IMG/VR virus record: IMGVR_UViG_3300031949_000350
Span: 1 to 64,000 of that record
DNA length: 64,000 nucleotides
Origin: a virus
Reading direction: 5' to 3' (one strand)
Shown here: in pieces, positions 9,292 through 19,183 of the stretch
Layout: every line of letters starts with the position of its first letter
How positions within the stretch are numbered: position 1 is the stretch's first letter
Notes under the pieces: generated by a model
The model's input: only the letters and a program-made list of their open reading frames with translations
Databases searched by the model: none
Told to the model about the DNA's origin: nothing
Position numbers and translations under genes: made by a program

Positions 9292-9407
9292 ACTGACTAT
9301 TCTTAGTTGCGCAAAGCCGAAGACTCACGAGGATTGGGCAGTACGTTGCCTTGGCAGGACTGGGGTAGCGTTCGAGAAATGCGTTGAACAATGGGAGGTA
9401 TGGCGAG

Positions 9408-9689
9408 ATGAGCAAGACTAAGAGAGTGAGTGTGAAAGCCGAATGCGTCGCGTGCGGCTGCACTGGCGTCTACTCTGGGTTCTGTGAGCCGAAGGGGACG
9501 GCTGTAGTTTGTCTGATCTGTGACGGGACAGGGTGTGAGGTGGTGCGCTATACTCCCTTTACCGGGCGACGCGAAAAGCGTGGTATCAAGACGGTGAGCC
9601 TTTCTCGGGGGGGATTCATCGCTACCGGAGTTGGGGCGGTCGGTAAGTCAATCCCCTACAGTGAGTTCAAGAAAGGGAAGAAACCGTGA
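9408..9689 (+). CDS. DnaJ-type Zn-finger-like protein
   Basis: CVACGCTG and CLICDGTG; GGAGG RBS. Confidence 0.6.
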   Translation: MSKTKRVSVKAECVACGCTGVYSGFCEPKGTAVVCLICDGTGCEVVRYTPFTGRREKRGIKTVSLSRGGFIATGVGAVGKSIPYSEFKKGKKP

Positions 9690-9931
9690 ACATCTACGAA
9701 GGATTCAAACCCATTGCGCATCGGGATCAGCGGGGGATGCCGACCACTACGATCAGCTTCAATCCGGCAACCAAGAAGTTCCTGCTCGTGGTCGCAGGCA
9801 AGGCAGGTGGCCCCTTCAGTCTAGATGAACTGAAGTCGCTGCTGGCGAACATCACGGATGTGATTGACCTCGGCGGGCGGTATCTTTACATCGATGGGTT
9901 CTCGGCCAATGGCGAACGCATCGACGAATAG
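9686..9931 (+). CDS. Hypothetical protein
   Basis: GTGA coupling with the upstream gene. Confidence 0.5.
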   Translation: MNIYEGFKPIAHRDQRGMPTTTISFNPATKKFLLVVAGKAGGPFSLDELKSLLANITDVIDLGGRYLYIDGFSANGERIDE

Positions 9932-10122
9932 GAAGCGACTCAAGCGAATTCAGTACGCCTCCATGTACGGCGCGGCGCACCCTAATTTTGTCTGCTGCCG
10001 AAATAGGATAGGCGCCATCGATCTTCCTCATTCGCATAGAACATGCGTAATGTGTGCTGGGACTGGCGTCGCTGCGATTCCTGTGAACGAAATCAACATC
10101 AATGTTCTACTGGAGCTAACCA

Positions 10123-10767
10123 ATGATTGAACGCATTCGGTTTGACGATGTCCTCTGGCAGAGCGGCGACGCTAAGCTGAAGGGCAAGGAGCTTGACCGG
10201 TTCAAAATGCACATTGACTGGTGCGGAGGAATCGACGTATCGCTCACCCCGGCTATTCTGTGCCAGGAGATGGATGAGTTCCCCGAGGGAATCGTTTACC
10301 TCAAGCAGTTGATCGACCTTGGCGTGGTAATGGATCTACACGGCTGGGATCATGGGCCGTATGCACCGCGACCCCAAGAAGAGGTAGAGAGCCATCTTGA
10401 ACAATCACTCGAATGGTTTGATCAGAACTTAGGTGTGACTCCGGTGCGGTGGGTTACCCCTCACGGAGCGAATAGCAGGGCAATGATCAATGCCTCCCGC
10501 AAGTATGGACTGACTATTGAGACGACTCAAGACCCGGTGATTGATCAGCGTGAAGCTGACAAGGTACTGCGAGTGAGTCGAAATCTGACCAAGCTAGATG
10601 GTAAAGTGATCATGGTTCATTGGTGGGAGCGAGGTAACGCCCTGTATCGCATCGCTCAGATCGTGCGACATGGTACTGTAGACAAGGCAATCATGGCTTC
10701 TAGCGCCGATATGGACGAGCGGGCGCTGAGTCAAGTATGGGGCGCTGGTTGGGAGAGAAAGATGTGA
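10123..10767 (+). CDS. Polysaccharide deacetylase-like (NodB/CE4) protein
   Basis: RFDD, LHGWDH, TPHG and VIMVH motifs. Confidence 0.7.
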   Translation: MIERIRFDDVLWQSGDAKLKGKELDRFKMHIDWCGGIDVSLTPAILCQEMDEFPEGIVYLKQLIDLGVVMDLHGWDHGPYAPRPQEEVESHLEQSLEWFDQNLGVTPVRWVTPHGANSRAMINASRKYGLTIETTQDPVIDQREADKVLRVSRNLTKLDGKVIMVHWWERGNALYRIAQIVRHGTVDKAIMASSADMDERALSQVWGAGWERKM

Positions 10768-11198
10768 GTTGGACGCACTTCTTCGATAAAGTAAAGATCA
10801 TTGACGATTGCTGGCTATGGACAGGTGCGCGCAGCGGAGACGGTTACGGTGCGTTTACTATGGAAGGTAAGATGACAGGAGCACACAGACTCAGCTTCAC
10901 TTATTTCAAAGATGAAATCCCCGATGGCATGTTCGTTTGTCATCGTTGCGATAATCCTGTTTGTGTGAACCCTGATCATTTGTGGCTTGGCACCCCGGCA
11001 GATAATATGAACGATAAATCAATCAAAGGCAGGACACCCAAGACGCTTAAGACGCCTGATCGCTGTAAGCGCGGTCACCTTTGGAGCGAACATGCTGTGA
11101 CTTATTTCAATGGAGAGAGAACAGCACGGCGATGTAAGACATGCTGGAGTATGAAGAGGAGAGAGCGTGAGCGGCGCAAGCGTAGCTTGGTGGATTAA
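10764..11198 (+). CDS. HNH homing endonuclease
   Basis: CWLWTG, GAHRLSF, VCHRCDNPVCVNPDHL, CKRGH. Confidence 0.9.
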   Translation: MSWTHFFDKVKIIDDCWLWTGARSGDGYGAFTMEGKMTGAHRLSFTYFKDEIPDGMFVCHRCDNPVCVNPDHLWLGTPADNMNDKSIKGRTPKTLKTPDRCKRGHLWSEHAVTYFNGERTARRCKTCWSMKRRERERRKRSLVD

Positions 11199-11448
11199 CG
11201 CCATCACGGTAGTGACTGTGTTCATCTCAATCGCCAAGTACTGGTGGCTGGGGCAGGGCGTGGACGGAGTACGCGGTCAGTGCTATACTCAGTTCGTCGC
11301 CTGTGGCCTTCAGCTTGTGTACAATGCGTTGATCTATCACACCAATCCAGCCCTATGGGGTTCGCTCCTCTATCAGCCGCTTCTGCTGTGGGGGGCCGTC
11401 ATGGCGATGAAAGGACTGAAGAATGCAGATAAAGATTCAGGCAGATGA
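11167..11448 (+). CDS. Small three-TM membrane protein
   Basis: Three hydrophobic segments. Confidence 0.55.
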   Translation: MSGASVAWWINAITVVTVFISIAKYWWLGQGVDGVRGQCYTQFVACGLQLVYNALIYHTNPALWGSLLYQPLLLWGAVMAMKGLKNADKDSGR

Positions 11449-12916
11449 TCTTTGGACCTTTGTTTATACTGACGATCAGCCTCGGCTTCTGAGCTACATC
11501 GTGGGCGACCTTATGGCTGAGGTGCCCGGAGCCAAGTACACTTGGAAGTTCAAGACCGGCGAGTGGGACGGCCGGGTGCAGCTTTTCACTCAGTACCCTA
11601 GCTGCTTCGCGTTCAGGACCGGACTGCTTGAGTCAGTTCTAACTAGATTCCTTGGTCATGGCGTTCAGATCAGTAGCTTCAACAATGCTGTGCGGAGGCC
11701 GTGTACTATCAACTGGTCGGCTCATTTCGCTAAGCCCGTTCAGCTTCGCCCCTACCAAGAGCAGGCGGTGAATGCGATGTTGCGCAATAAGCTGCCCACC
11801 CTCAACGGGGTAGGCCAGTTGAGTTGGCATCGTGGCATCCTGCAAGTGGCAACGGGCGGGGGCAAGACCGAGATTGCTGTGGCTCTCTATCAGCGCAATC
11901 CAGTCCAGACTATGTTCCTCGTTCACCGCAAGGATCTGCTCTATCAGGCGAAGGAGAGGTTCGCCAAGTATGGGATCAAGACTGGCACCATCGGCGACGG
12001 TAAGTGGGACACCATGCACCCTATCATCATCGCTACGATGCAGACGCTCATGTCTCGCATGGAAGACATTGGCGTTATAGGGCTCTGCGCCAAAACGGAT
12101 CAAGTGTTCTTTGATGAGGCTCACTTGATGGCAAGCTCGCTAGACAAGGGCAACCAGTTCACTAAGGTTGCCGATATGTTCAGTTCGGCGCGCTATCGTT
12201 GGGGGCTGACCGCTACGCCGTTCATGCGCAGTAAGTACGATAACCTTCTGTTGGAGGGCGTAACCGGTAAGGTTCTCTATCAGATCTCCAATGCCGATCT
12301 AATTGCTCAAGGACATCTGACCCCGCCGAAAGTCATCATGAAGCGTGTGCCTGGACTCTTGCCGGTTGCCCCTCCTAAGTTCAATCCTCGCAAGCGCACA
12401 GCGGGAGGAGCATACTGGCGTGAGGTGGAGGAGACTGGGATCAAGTTCAACGCAGTTCGTACCGAGATCATCGCCGATGAGATTGCCAAGGGGCCTTATC
12501 CGGTGCTCGTGCTGAGCAAGACGGTTGATCAGGCGGAGTTCATCCGTGAGAAGTACATGCAGAAGTATGGCGTGCGACTGTTGATTCTAACTGGAAAGGC
12601 CACTGCTGTTGCCCGTAGGGACGCCGTGGCTGATCTCAAGACGGGCGCGCTCAAGGCAGTTATTGCTACCACTATCTGGGACGAGGGTGTAGATGTACCT
12701 GAGCTAGCTAAAATTATCCTAAGTTCTGGAGGGAAGAGTCAAGTCAAGGGTTTGCAGCGGGTTGGGCGCGGGTTGCGTACTTCTCCGGGCAAGACTGAAG
12801 TTGTAATCGTGGACTTTCAGGACACACATCACACCATGCTGAGGAAGCACGCACTTGAGCGGCTGAAGGTGTGGAAGGACGAGGGCTTTGAAGTTCTCGT
12901 AGAAGGTAAAGCATGA
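11423..12916 (+). CDS. SF2 DEAH helicase (UvsW/XPB-like)
   Basis: LRPYQ, ATGGGKT, DEAH, LTATP, DEGVD and QRVGRGLR motifs. Confidence 0.92.
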   Translation: MQIKIQADDLWTFVYTDDQPRLLSYIVGDLMAEVPGAKYTWKFKTGEWDGRVQLFTQYPSCFAFRTGLLESVLTRFLGHGVQISSFNNAVRRPCTINWSAHFAKPVQLRPYQEQAVNAMLRNKLPTLNGVGQLSWHRGILQVATGGGKTEIAVALYQRNPVQTMFLVHRKDLLYQAKERFAKYGIKTGTIGDGKWDTMHPIIIATMQTLMSRMEDIGVIGLCAKTDQVFFDEAHLMASSLDKGNQFTKVADMFSSARYRWGLTATPFMRSKYDNLLLEGVTGKVLYQISNADLIAQGHLTPPKVIMKRVPGLLPVAPPKFNPRKRTAGGAYWREVEETGIKFNAVRTEIIADEIAKGPYPVLVLSKTVDQAEFIREKYMQKYGVRLLILTGKATAVARRDAVADLKTGALKAVIATTIWDEGVDVPELAKIILSSGGKSQVKGLQRVGRGLRTSPGKTEVVIVDFQDTHHTMLRKHALERLKVWKDEGFEVLVEGKA

Positions 12917-14358
12917 AAAGGTTTGACGAGATCGCGTTCGTTTGCGCTTTGGTTGAGCGCGAGGCGGACGCACAAGAGATGAAGAAGATCTTCAACCCGG
13001 AATGGCTCTCCGAGAAGAGCAACATGCCGGTCGTGAAGGCGATTTTCGATTACATGGATAAGTACAAGTGCCCGCCGAGCTTCAAGGCGCTGCACGAATA
13101 CATGAATGACGTGGACAAGGAGAAGTACGAGGCCAGGTATCGTGAGAAGCTGACGATGCTGGAGGCAGTTCAGGTAGACAAATCCAAGCAAGTGATGGCT
13201 ATCGCCAAGGCCAAGGAAAGCGCGGCGGCTATGTCGCTGAGCACTATGGTCAGCACACCGACCTTTCAGGAATTGCTAAGCGAAGGCGAAGGTGATAGAC
13301 TTCGGTCTGAGGTAGCCCGCTGGCTATCCATGCACACCGAGAAGGTAGGCGAGGAAGTCATTGACATTCGCGCCGGTCTGGACAAGCTGATTGATGATGT
13401 AGGCTATGATGGCCGTCCCAAGAAGATTTCAACTGGCATCTCGTGCATTGATAGCTGGACGCACGGTGGGACTCGCCCCGGGACGCTTGGTATCCTGATG
13501 GCACCAACCGGCAACGGCAAGTCGGCTGTGCTGATGAACATTGCGCTTCACATCGCTACGGCGGAAGAGAAATCTGTCCTCTTCCTGACCAATGAGCTTA
13601 CGATTCAGGAGCAGTTGGAACGGTTCCTAGTTCGTATGCAGGCCCCTGATCTGGGACCGGACGGCAAAGAGATCTACTATCCTTTGCAGGCCGTTCAGGA
13701 TGATCCTACGATTGCCTACCGTGGGCTCAAGCGGCGCTGGCAGTACGGGCTTGAGAGGCGATTGTTCGTTGGTAACACTGACCTCAACGCCACTTGCGAT
13801 CAGATCGAGGAAAGGCTACAATTGATGAGGGTTCAGTACGGGTTCAAGCCGTCGTCCCTAGTGATCGACTTCATGGAGCGCATGGCCCCGTCATCCAAGA
13901 TTTCCCGAGGGGACAAGGAGTACATCTACTTCGGCGAGATTGCGAAGGAGCTTGTCCGCCTTGCCAAGCGGACCAACACGGCGATCTGGACAGCAGTTCA
14001 GACTAACCGTGGAGGGTTGAACAAGGGTGTCGAGCAAAGCATGGAGTTCGGTCAGGGTTCTATCCGTCACTTTCAGGAAGCGGCCTGTGTGATCGGGCTT
14101 CGGAAGGAAGTGATCAATCTGGACGCTGAAGGCAATGACAAGGTTGAGGTGCTTGCGTTCAAGGAATTGAAGCAGCGGCACTCAGCAATGAACGACCGAG
14201 GGGTCAGGCTGAAGGTTCACCTTGATCGTATGTACATCACCGGGGAAGAGGTTGAAGTTCCTGAGGATGCAGACATAGAGGTTCCCCCGGATCAGGATGT
14301 GGTGAAGAAGAAGGGTAAGAAGAAACTCAAGACACAATGGGAGGCACGAGGTAAATGA
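12913..14358 (+). CDS. DnaB-like replicative helicase
   Basis: ISTG, APTGNGKS, VIDFM, WTAVQTNR and LKQRH motifs. Confidence 0.9.
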   Translation: MKRFDEIAFVCALVEREADAQEMKKIFNPEWLSEKSNMPVVKAIFDYMDKYKCPPSFKALHEYMNDVDKEKYEARYREKLTMLEAVQVDKSKQVMAIAKAKESAAAMSLSTMVSTPTFQELLSEGEGDRLRSEVARWLSMHTEKVGEEVIDIRAGLDKLIDDVGYDGRPKKISTGISCIDSWTHGGTRPGTLGILMAPTGNGKSAVLMNIALHIATAEEKSVLFLTNELTIQEQLERFLVRMQAPDLGPDGKEIYYPLQAVQDDPTIAYRGLKRRWQYGLERRLFVGNTDLNATCDQIEERLQLMRVQYGFKPSSLVIDFMERMAPSSKISRGDKEYIYFGEIAKELVRLAKRTNTAIWTAVQTNRGGLNKGVEQSMEFGQGSIRHFQEAACVIGLRKEVINLDAEGNDKVEVLAFKELKQRHSAMNDRGVRLKVHLDRMYITGEEVEVPEDADIEVPPDQDVVKKKGKKKLKTQWEARGK

Positions 14359-14729
14359 GAATTGAGCGAACAACTTTCGGCAAGGTGAGTCAGCCTACTC
14401 TGACTCATCTGAAGCGGCTGACGCTGCCCGAGGGCTGGATGCAGGCCGCCGCTGAGGCGGACCCGAAGACCCCTACCTTCATAATTTTCGACGCATTTGA
14501 CAAACCGCTGGCGTGGGCTATACTTACCACTCGCTACGCGGGATGGGTTCGGGGGGAGCGGGCACTGATGCTGTTTGTTCACCATAGGGTTCGGCGGGCC
14601 GGCTACGGCAAGATACTGCACAAGGCGGCCAAATCATTTATGGGGAAGCTCAACCCAAATCTGATCATGATCGTATTTCCGCATGACAATATTTCTCGTG
14701 GATTCTTCAAGGCTGTGAAGGAGGTGTGA
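14355..14729 (+). CDS. GNAT acetyltransferase
   Basis: LFVHHRVRRAGYGK acetyl-CoA motif; GFF near the end. Confidence 0.75.
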   Translation: MRIERTTFGKVSQPTLTHLKRLTLPEGWMQAAAEADPKTPTFIIFDAFDKPLAWAILTTRYAGWVRGERALMLFVHHRVRRAGYGKILHKAAKSFMGKLNPNLIMIVFPHDNISRGFFKAVKEV

Positions 14730-14730
14730 C

Positions 14731-15678
14731 ATGGGCTTTCGTAAGTACGATCACGTAGAGCGGTTCGGTACCGATGAAGTTGAAGGGATCGAGATTGGCG
14801 ACGTTCTTGTATTTCCCAAACTAGATGGAACGAACGCTTCAGTGTGGCGGAGCCAGCCATACATCGTCGGTGCTGGATCGCGCAGCCGTATTTTGTCAGA
14901 TGAGAATGACAATGCAGGGTTCCATGCTTGGGTACAAAAGCAAATGTGGATGCGTGACTTCTTTGAGGCAACGCAGGATATTGTCATTTACGGTGAGTGG
15001 TTGGTGCCGCACACGCTGAATACCTATCGAGATGAAGCGTGGCGGAAGTTCTGGGTGTTCGACGTATGGAACAGGGATGAGGAGCGTTATGTACATTACG
15101 ATGAATATTCACCCATTCTTTCGCAATGGGGTTTCAACGTCATCGAGCCGAAGTCGCGCTACATGAGCCCTCCTAGCGAGGAGCAACTGTGGACTGAGGT
15201 GGCAACCAACACTTATCTGCTGCAAGACGGGCATGTGGGTGAAGGTATCGTCATCAAGAACTATGCATGGCGCAACAAGTACGGGCGGCAGCCTTGGGCC
15301 AAGCTGGTCCGGGCTGAGTTCAAGGAAGAGAATCGGCGGGCCTTTGGCACGACCGAGAAGGAAGGCGAGAAGTCAGTTGAGGGTGAGATCGCAGAGAGGT
15401 ATGTGACCAAGGCGCTGGTAGACAAGACCTACGCTAAGATCCAGCAAGAAGTGGAGAATGACGAAGTCAACGTGCCTCACCCTGAAAGAGCTGCGAAGAA
15501 TCCAAATTTCTATCGAGGCAAGGTTATCCCTCGGCTACTTCAGACAGTGTTCTACGATCTGGTTCGTGAGGAGAGTTGGAACTTTGTGAAGGGACACAAG
15601 AATCCAACGATCAACTTCAAGAAGCTTCAGCAGTACACGGTGTACTGGGTGAAGAAGCATCTACCGGAGGTATTCTAA
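14731..15678 (+). CDS. ATP-dependent RNA ligase (Rnl2-like)
   Basis: KLDGTN (motif I), YGEW, FDV, EGIVIK and KLV motifs. Confidence 0.85.
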   Translation: MGFRKYDHVERFGTDEVEGIEIGDVLVFPKLDGTNASVWRSQPYIVGAGSRSRILSDENDNAGFHAWVQKQMWMRDFFEATQDIVIYGEWLVPHTLNTYRDEAWRKFWVFDVWNRDEERYVHYDEYSPILSQWGFNVIEPKSRYMSPPSEEQLWTEVATNTYLLQDGHVGEGIVIKNYAWRNKYGRQPWAKLVRAEFKEENRRAFGTTEKEGEKSVEGEIAERYVTKALVDKTYAKIQQEVENDEVNVPHPERAAKNPNFYRGKVIPRLLQTVFYDLVREESWNFVKGHKNPTINFKKLQQYTVYWVKKHLPEVF

Positions 15679-15679
15679 C

Positions 15680-16102
15680 ATGGACGGGTTTACGGTCAAT
15701 CTGAACAAGCTCATTAGCAAGCCTTCTGCCGACCCCGAGAAGTGCGTCGGTAAGGAGATCTCTAGTCTGGTTATCTCTGACAGCCTGATGCGCATCCGGT
15801 TCACGGATGGCTACTTCCTCGATCTTTGGGACGGCGGTCAGTCCTGCTGTGAGTCCCGTTACATGAGCACCGACGACAATCTCGATGACTTCGTAGGTGC
15901 TACGTTCAGTGGCGCTCGTATCGAAGATGCAGAGAGTGAAGGCGATGAAAGCTACGGCGAGCATGAGGTGCAGTTCCTCCTCATCGATACGTCCAAGGGG
16001 ACGTTCACCATTGCCAATCACAATGAGCACAATGGCTACTACGGCGGCTTCTCGCTGACGTGCAAGATGGGAGGGACTCGTGAGCTACGCACGCAAGATT
16101 AA
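15680..16102 (+). CDS. Conserved phage hypothetical protein
   Basis: QSCCESRY and NEHNGYYGG motifs; GGAGG RBS. Confidence 0.65.
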   Translation: MDGFTVNLNKLISKPSADPEKCVGKEISSLVISDSLMRIRFTDGYFLDLWDGGQSCCESRYMSTDDNLDDFVGATFSGARIEDAESEGDESYGEHEVQFLLIDTSKGTFTIANHNEHNGYYGGFSLTCKMGGTRELRTQD

Positions 16103-16343
16103 CGCAGACTGGCAAGTTGAAGATTGGTACGTCGGTAAGTCCCTACCGCAGCGTACTGAGATTGATCTGGATAACTTCGCCGATGACATGACTGAGGAAG
16201 ACATCGAGGAAGAAGTGCTCAATCAGATTCAGAACGACTTCGTTGATCGGATCACTTGGGGCTGCTCTAATCTGGATGATGTAATCGCAGCGGTAAGTGC
16301 TGAACTAGACCGCCGCGCAGGAGAGAACGATGGGGACGAGTAA
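16080..16343 (+). CDS. Acidic hypothetical protein
   Basis: GGAGG RBS with GTG start; D/E-rich. Confidence 0.55.
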   Translation: MSYARKINADWQVEDWYVGKSLPQRTEIDLDNFADDMTEEDIEEEVLNQIQNDFVDRITWGCSNLDDVIAAVSAELDRRAGENDGDE

Positions 16344-17526
16344 TCACATTGATCTGTTCGGGGGCAGTGTCAAGTCTTGGACGAAGGGCGTCCCGCTTGA
16401 TCAGGTGACGATTGGGCAGGTGCTCGATACGTCTAAGCTTCCGTTCATCTTCAAGCACGTTGCCCTCATGCCCGATGCCCACCTTGGGATCGGTGCCACG
16501 GTTGGGTCCGTGGTGCCGACCAAGGGGGCGATCATCCCGGCTGCTGTTGGGGTGGACATTGGTTGCGGGATGGCCGCAGTCCAGCTTGACATGAACGCCG
16601 CTCAGTTGCCTGACAGCCTTGCAAAGCTCCGTCAGGCGATTGAGCGGCTCATCCCGGTCGGTCAGGGTAAGCATGAACATGTAGCTCCGGCTATGGCTAA
16701 CGCCTGGGAGCAGCATCTCCTCAGCCGCTACAAGCGGATCGAGGATCTCATGGGCAAGAAGCTGGAGAGGGCTGATCCGGTTCGGCAGCTTGCTACTCTC
16801 GGCGGAGGAAACCACTTCATCGAGATCTGCGTTGATGAGAGCGATAACGTGTGGCTTGTCCTTCACAGTGGATCGCGTGGTATCGGCAACAAGATCGGCA
16901 CGCACTTCATTGAGATCGCGAAGAAAGACATGCGGAAATGGATGATCAATCTCCCTGACAAGGACCTGTCCTACTTCCCTGAGGGGACTGATCATTACGA
17001 TAGCTACATGTTTGCTGTCAGGTGGGCGCAGGAGTATGCTGCAATCAACCGTGAGCTAATGATGAACTCGCTGGTCGTGATGCTTCAGTCTAAGTACGGA
17101 CCGCACTTCCAGCCTATCAAGGAGGTGATCAGTTGTCATCACAACTACGTCGATAGGGAGAACCACTTTGGGGAGAATGTATGGGTCACTCGAAAGGGTG
17201 CTGTTCGTGCTCGTGAAGGCGACCTCGGTATCATTCCCGGGTCGATGGGGACGAAGAGTTACATTGTTCGAGGTCGCGGTAACCCTCTCAGCTTCAATAG
17301 TTGCTCTCATGGCGCTGGACGTGTTCTAAGTCGTGGCAAGGCCAAGGCTACGTTCACCGTCGAGGATCATATCAAGGCGACCGAGGGTGTTGAGTGCCGA
17401 AAGGATGCTGGCGTACTTGACGAGACACCTGGGGCTTACAAGGACATTGACGCTGTAATGGCCGCACAGACGGACCTTGTTGAGATTGTTCATACGTTGC
17501 GTCAGGTTGTCTGTGTTAAAGGCTGA
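16330..17526 (+). CDS. rtcB: RtcB RNA-splicing/repair ligase
   Basis: MPDAHLG, VGVDIGCG, GGGNHF, HSGSRG, HHNY, PGSMG, HGAGR and YKDI motifs. Confidence 0.97.
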   Translation: MGTSNHIDLFGGSVKSWTKGVPLDQVTIGQVLDTSKLPFIFKHVALMPDAHLGIGATVGSVVPTKGAIIPAAVGVDIGCGMAAVQLDMNAAQLPDSLAKLRQAIERLIPVGQGKHEHVAPAMANAWEQHLLSRYKRIEDLMGKKLERADPVRQLATLGGGNHFIEICVDESDNVWLVLHSGSRGIGNKIGTHFIEIAKKDMRKWMINLPDKDLSYFPEGTDHYDSYMFAVRWAQEYAAINRELMMNSLVVMLQSKYGPHFQPIKEVISCHHNYVDRENHFGENVWVTRKGAVRAREGDLGIIPGSMGTKSYIVRGRGNPLSFNSCSHGAGRVLSRGKAKATFTVEDHIKATEGVECRKDAGVLDETPGAYKDIDAVMAAQTDLVEIVHTLRQVVCVKG

Positions 17527-17905
17527 TTGCCACGGCACCCGCAAGCATTACGCTAAGGGTATGTGCAGGCCATGCTGGAGCGTTCAATATAACGCTCAGC
17601 CTCATGAACGGAAAAAGAGGAAGGTGTACAATAAGAAGTACCATGCAGCCAGAAAGAAGCGAATAGGCAAGATAGGGATTAGAAACCAATCACTTAAGCA
17701 TAGGTACGGTATTACTGTTGCTGAATTTAATCGAATGCTGAAGAAACAAAGAGGGAAATGTGCGCTGTGCGATAGGCCGGCAAAGGTTGTCGATCATAAC
17801 CATAGTACGAAGAAAATCCGAGGGCTTCTGTGCTACGGATGCAACTTCGCACTCAGTAGAGTGGAAGAAGTTGGATGGGTGGGAAGGGCTAAGAAATATG
17901 CCTAA
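17477..17905 (+). CDS. Endonuclease VII-like nuclease
   Basis: YGIT...Q.GKCALC...VDHNH...IRGLLCYGCN; start uncertain. Confidence 0.85.
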   Translation: MLRLFIRCVRLSVLKADCHGTRKHYAKGMCRPCWSVQYNAQPHERKKRKVYNKKYHAARKKRIGKIGIRNQSLKHRYGITVAEFNRMLKKQRGKCALCDRPAKVVDHNHSTKKIRGLLCYGCNFALSRVEEVGWVGRAKKYA

Positions 17906-18812
17906 GTCATACGCGCAGAAGGCGATTCTAGATTGGCTTCACCGGTCTATCGGCGTCAATGCGATGCCGAACCCGCATGAAGTCAACTCAATCTGTCCCG
18001 TCTGCGGTAGTGACGTGTTCTTCTTCAACATCAGGAAGAAGATTGGGATCTGTCATAAGGCAAGCTGTAACTATCGCCCGAATCTTGAGATGCTTATCGA
18101 GGTGATCGGGTTCGCCCCTGACGAATCAGGCGATTGGGAGTCCCTGGAAGAAACGCCCCCTCCTGAGGTCGTGCTCCAGGGGCTCCCGATCCTGAGGATG
18201 GAAGACGGTAAGCTCTTGACTTCCAATCAGGAAGCGCTAGACTATCTGCGTGGCCGAGGCATTCAGGACCAGATCACGCTGAACTGGGGGATGACATGCG
18301 ACGGAAACCGAATCTATCTGCCGATCAAGCACGAAGGCAAGCTCGTGAACTTCAATTCGAGGATCTTGCCTTTCCGCGAGGGAAAGAAGTATCTATATTC
18401 CAAAGGCGCACGGACGAGTCACTACATACTTGGCTGGGAAGAATGCCGAGACTGGAAGACAATGGTACTTGTGGAGAACTCCTACGTCTCGCTAGCATAT
18501 CGCCACTTGATGTATTGTTCTACCTCTTTTGGCTCCAACATCTCGGATGTTCAAGCGGACATGATCGGCCGGAGCAAGGTGCAGACGGTAGCGATTCTGT
18601 GGGACGAGAAGGCGGAGAAGAACGCGCATCGTGCTATAAAGAAGTTGCATGCGAACGGTGTGGAATCCGCGTACTGGTCTATCAAGGGACAGCCGGATAA
18701 CTATCCGACTGAGTGGGTGGTGAAGCAGGCTCAGCGAGTGTTTGAGGCTGCGAAAGTTGGAATAAACTGTGTGGATCTGAAGGAGGAATGCGATGCCTGT
18801 TTACGATTATGA
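17898..18812 (+). CDS. DNA primase-like protein (Zn finger plus TOPRIM)
   Basis: CPVC...CHKASC, YLRGRGI, NSR, KYL, VLVE; acidic TOPRIM residues look atypical. Confidence 0.8.
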   Translation: MPKSYAQKAILDWLHRSIGVNAMPNPHEVNSICPVCGSDVFFFNIRKKIGICHKASCNYRPNLEMLIEVIGFAPDESGDWESLEETPPPEVVLQGLPILRMEDGKLLTSNQEALDYLRGRGIQDQITLNWGMTCDGNRIYLPIKHEGKLVNFNSRILPFREGKKYLYSKGARTSHYILGWEECRDWKTMVLVENSYVSLAYRHLMYCSTSFGSNISDVQADMIGRSKVQTVAILWDEKAEKNAHRAIKKLHANGVESAYWSIKGQPDNYPTEWVVKQAQRVFEAAKVGINCVDLKEECDACLRL

Positions 18813-18987
18813 ACATGTGGGGTGTGTTCGGCCTGAGTGCAAGGAGCCTACGGTGTTTGAGGTAACTCAGCCCATCAAGGATGAGGCTCTGACTCACTAC
18901 CCTACTTGCAACAGCCTGGTGAGGCGGCTCATCTCCAGAACTTCGTTCACATGGAAGAATGGCGCGCCTACACCTCGTCATTATTAG
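18793..18987 (+). CDS. FmdB-like Zn-ribbon protein
   Basis: MPVYDYE...FEV...RRLIS..SF pattern. Confidence 0.7.
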   Translation: MPVYDYEHVGCVRPECKEPTVFEVTQPIKDEALTHYPTCNSLVRRLISRTSFTWKNGAPTPRHY

Positions 18988-19183
18988 AGATGCACATAGT
19001 ATGCTGCCGTTGCTTTAGAAGATTCCTAAGCTTTAGCAAAGACCCGATATATTGTCCTGGGCCGGCAAAACAGCATCGTGGAAAGAACGGAGAAGAAGAC
19101 TGCGGTAAAGCGGACTGTAAATCATGTTATGAATGTAGGCACGTCATCTGTGCTACTTGCATAGAAGTATATGGAGAATTCTA

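Noticed and set aside
17706-17714. Partial motif match ACGGTATTA (also ACGGTAT near 5347 and 30486)
   Set aside because: Inside coding sequence and lacks the TCTA half.
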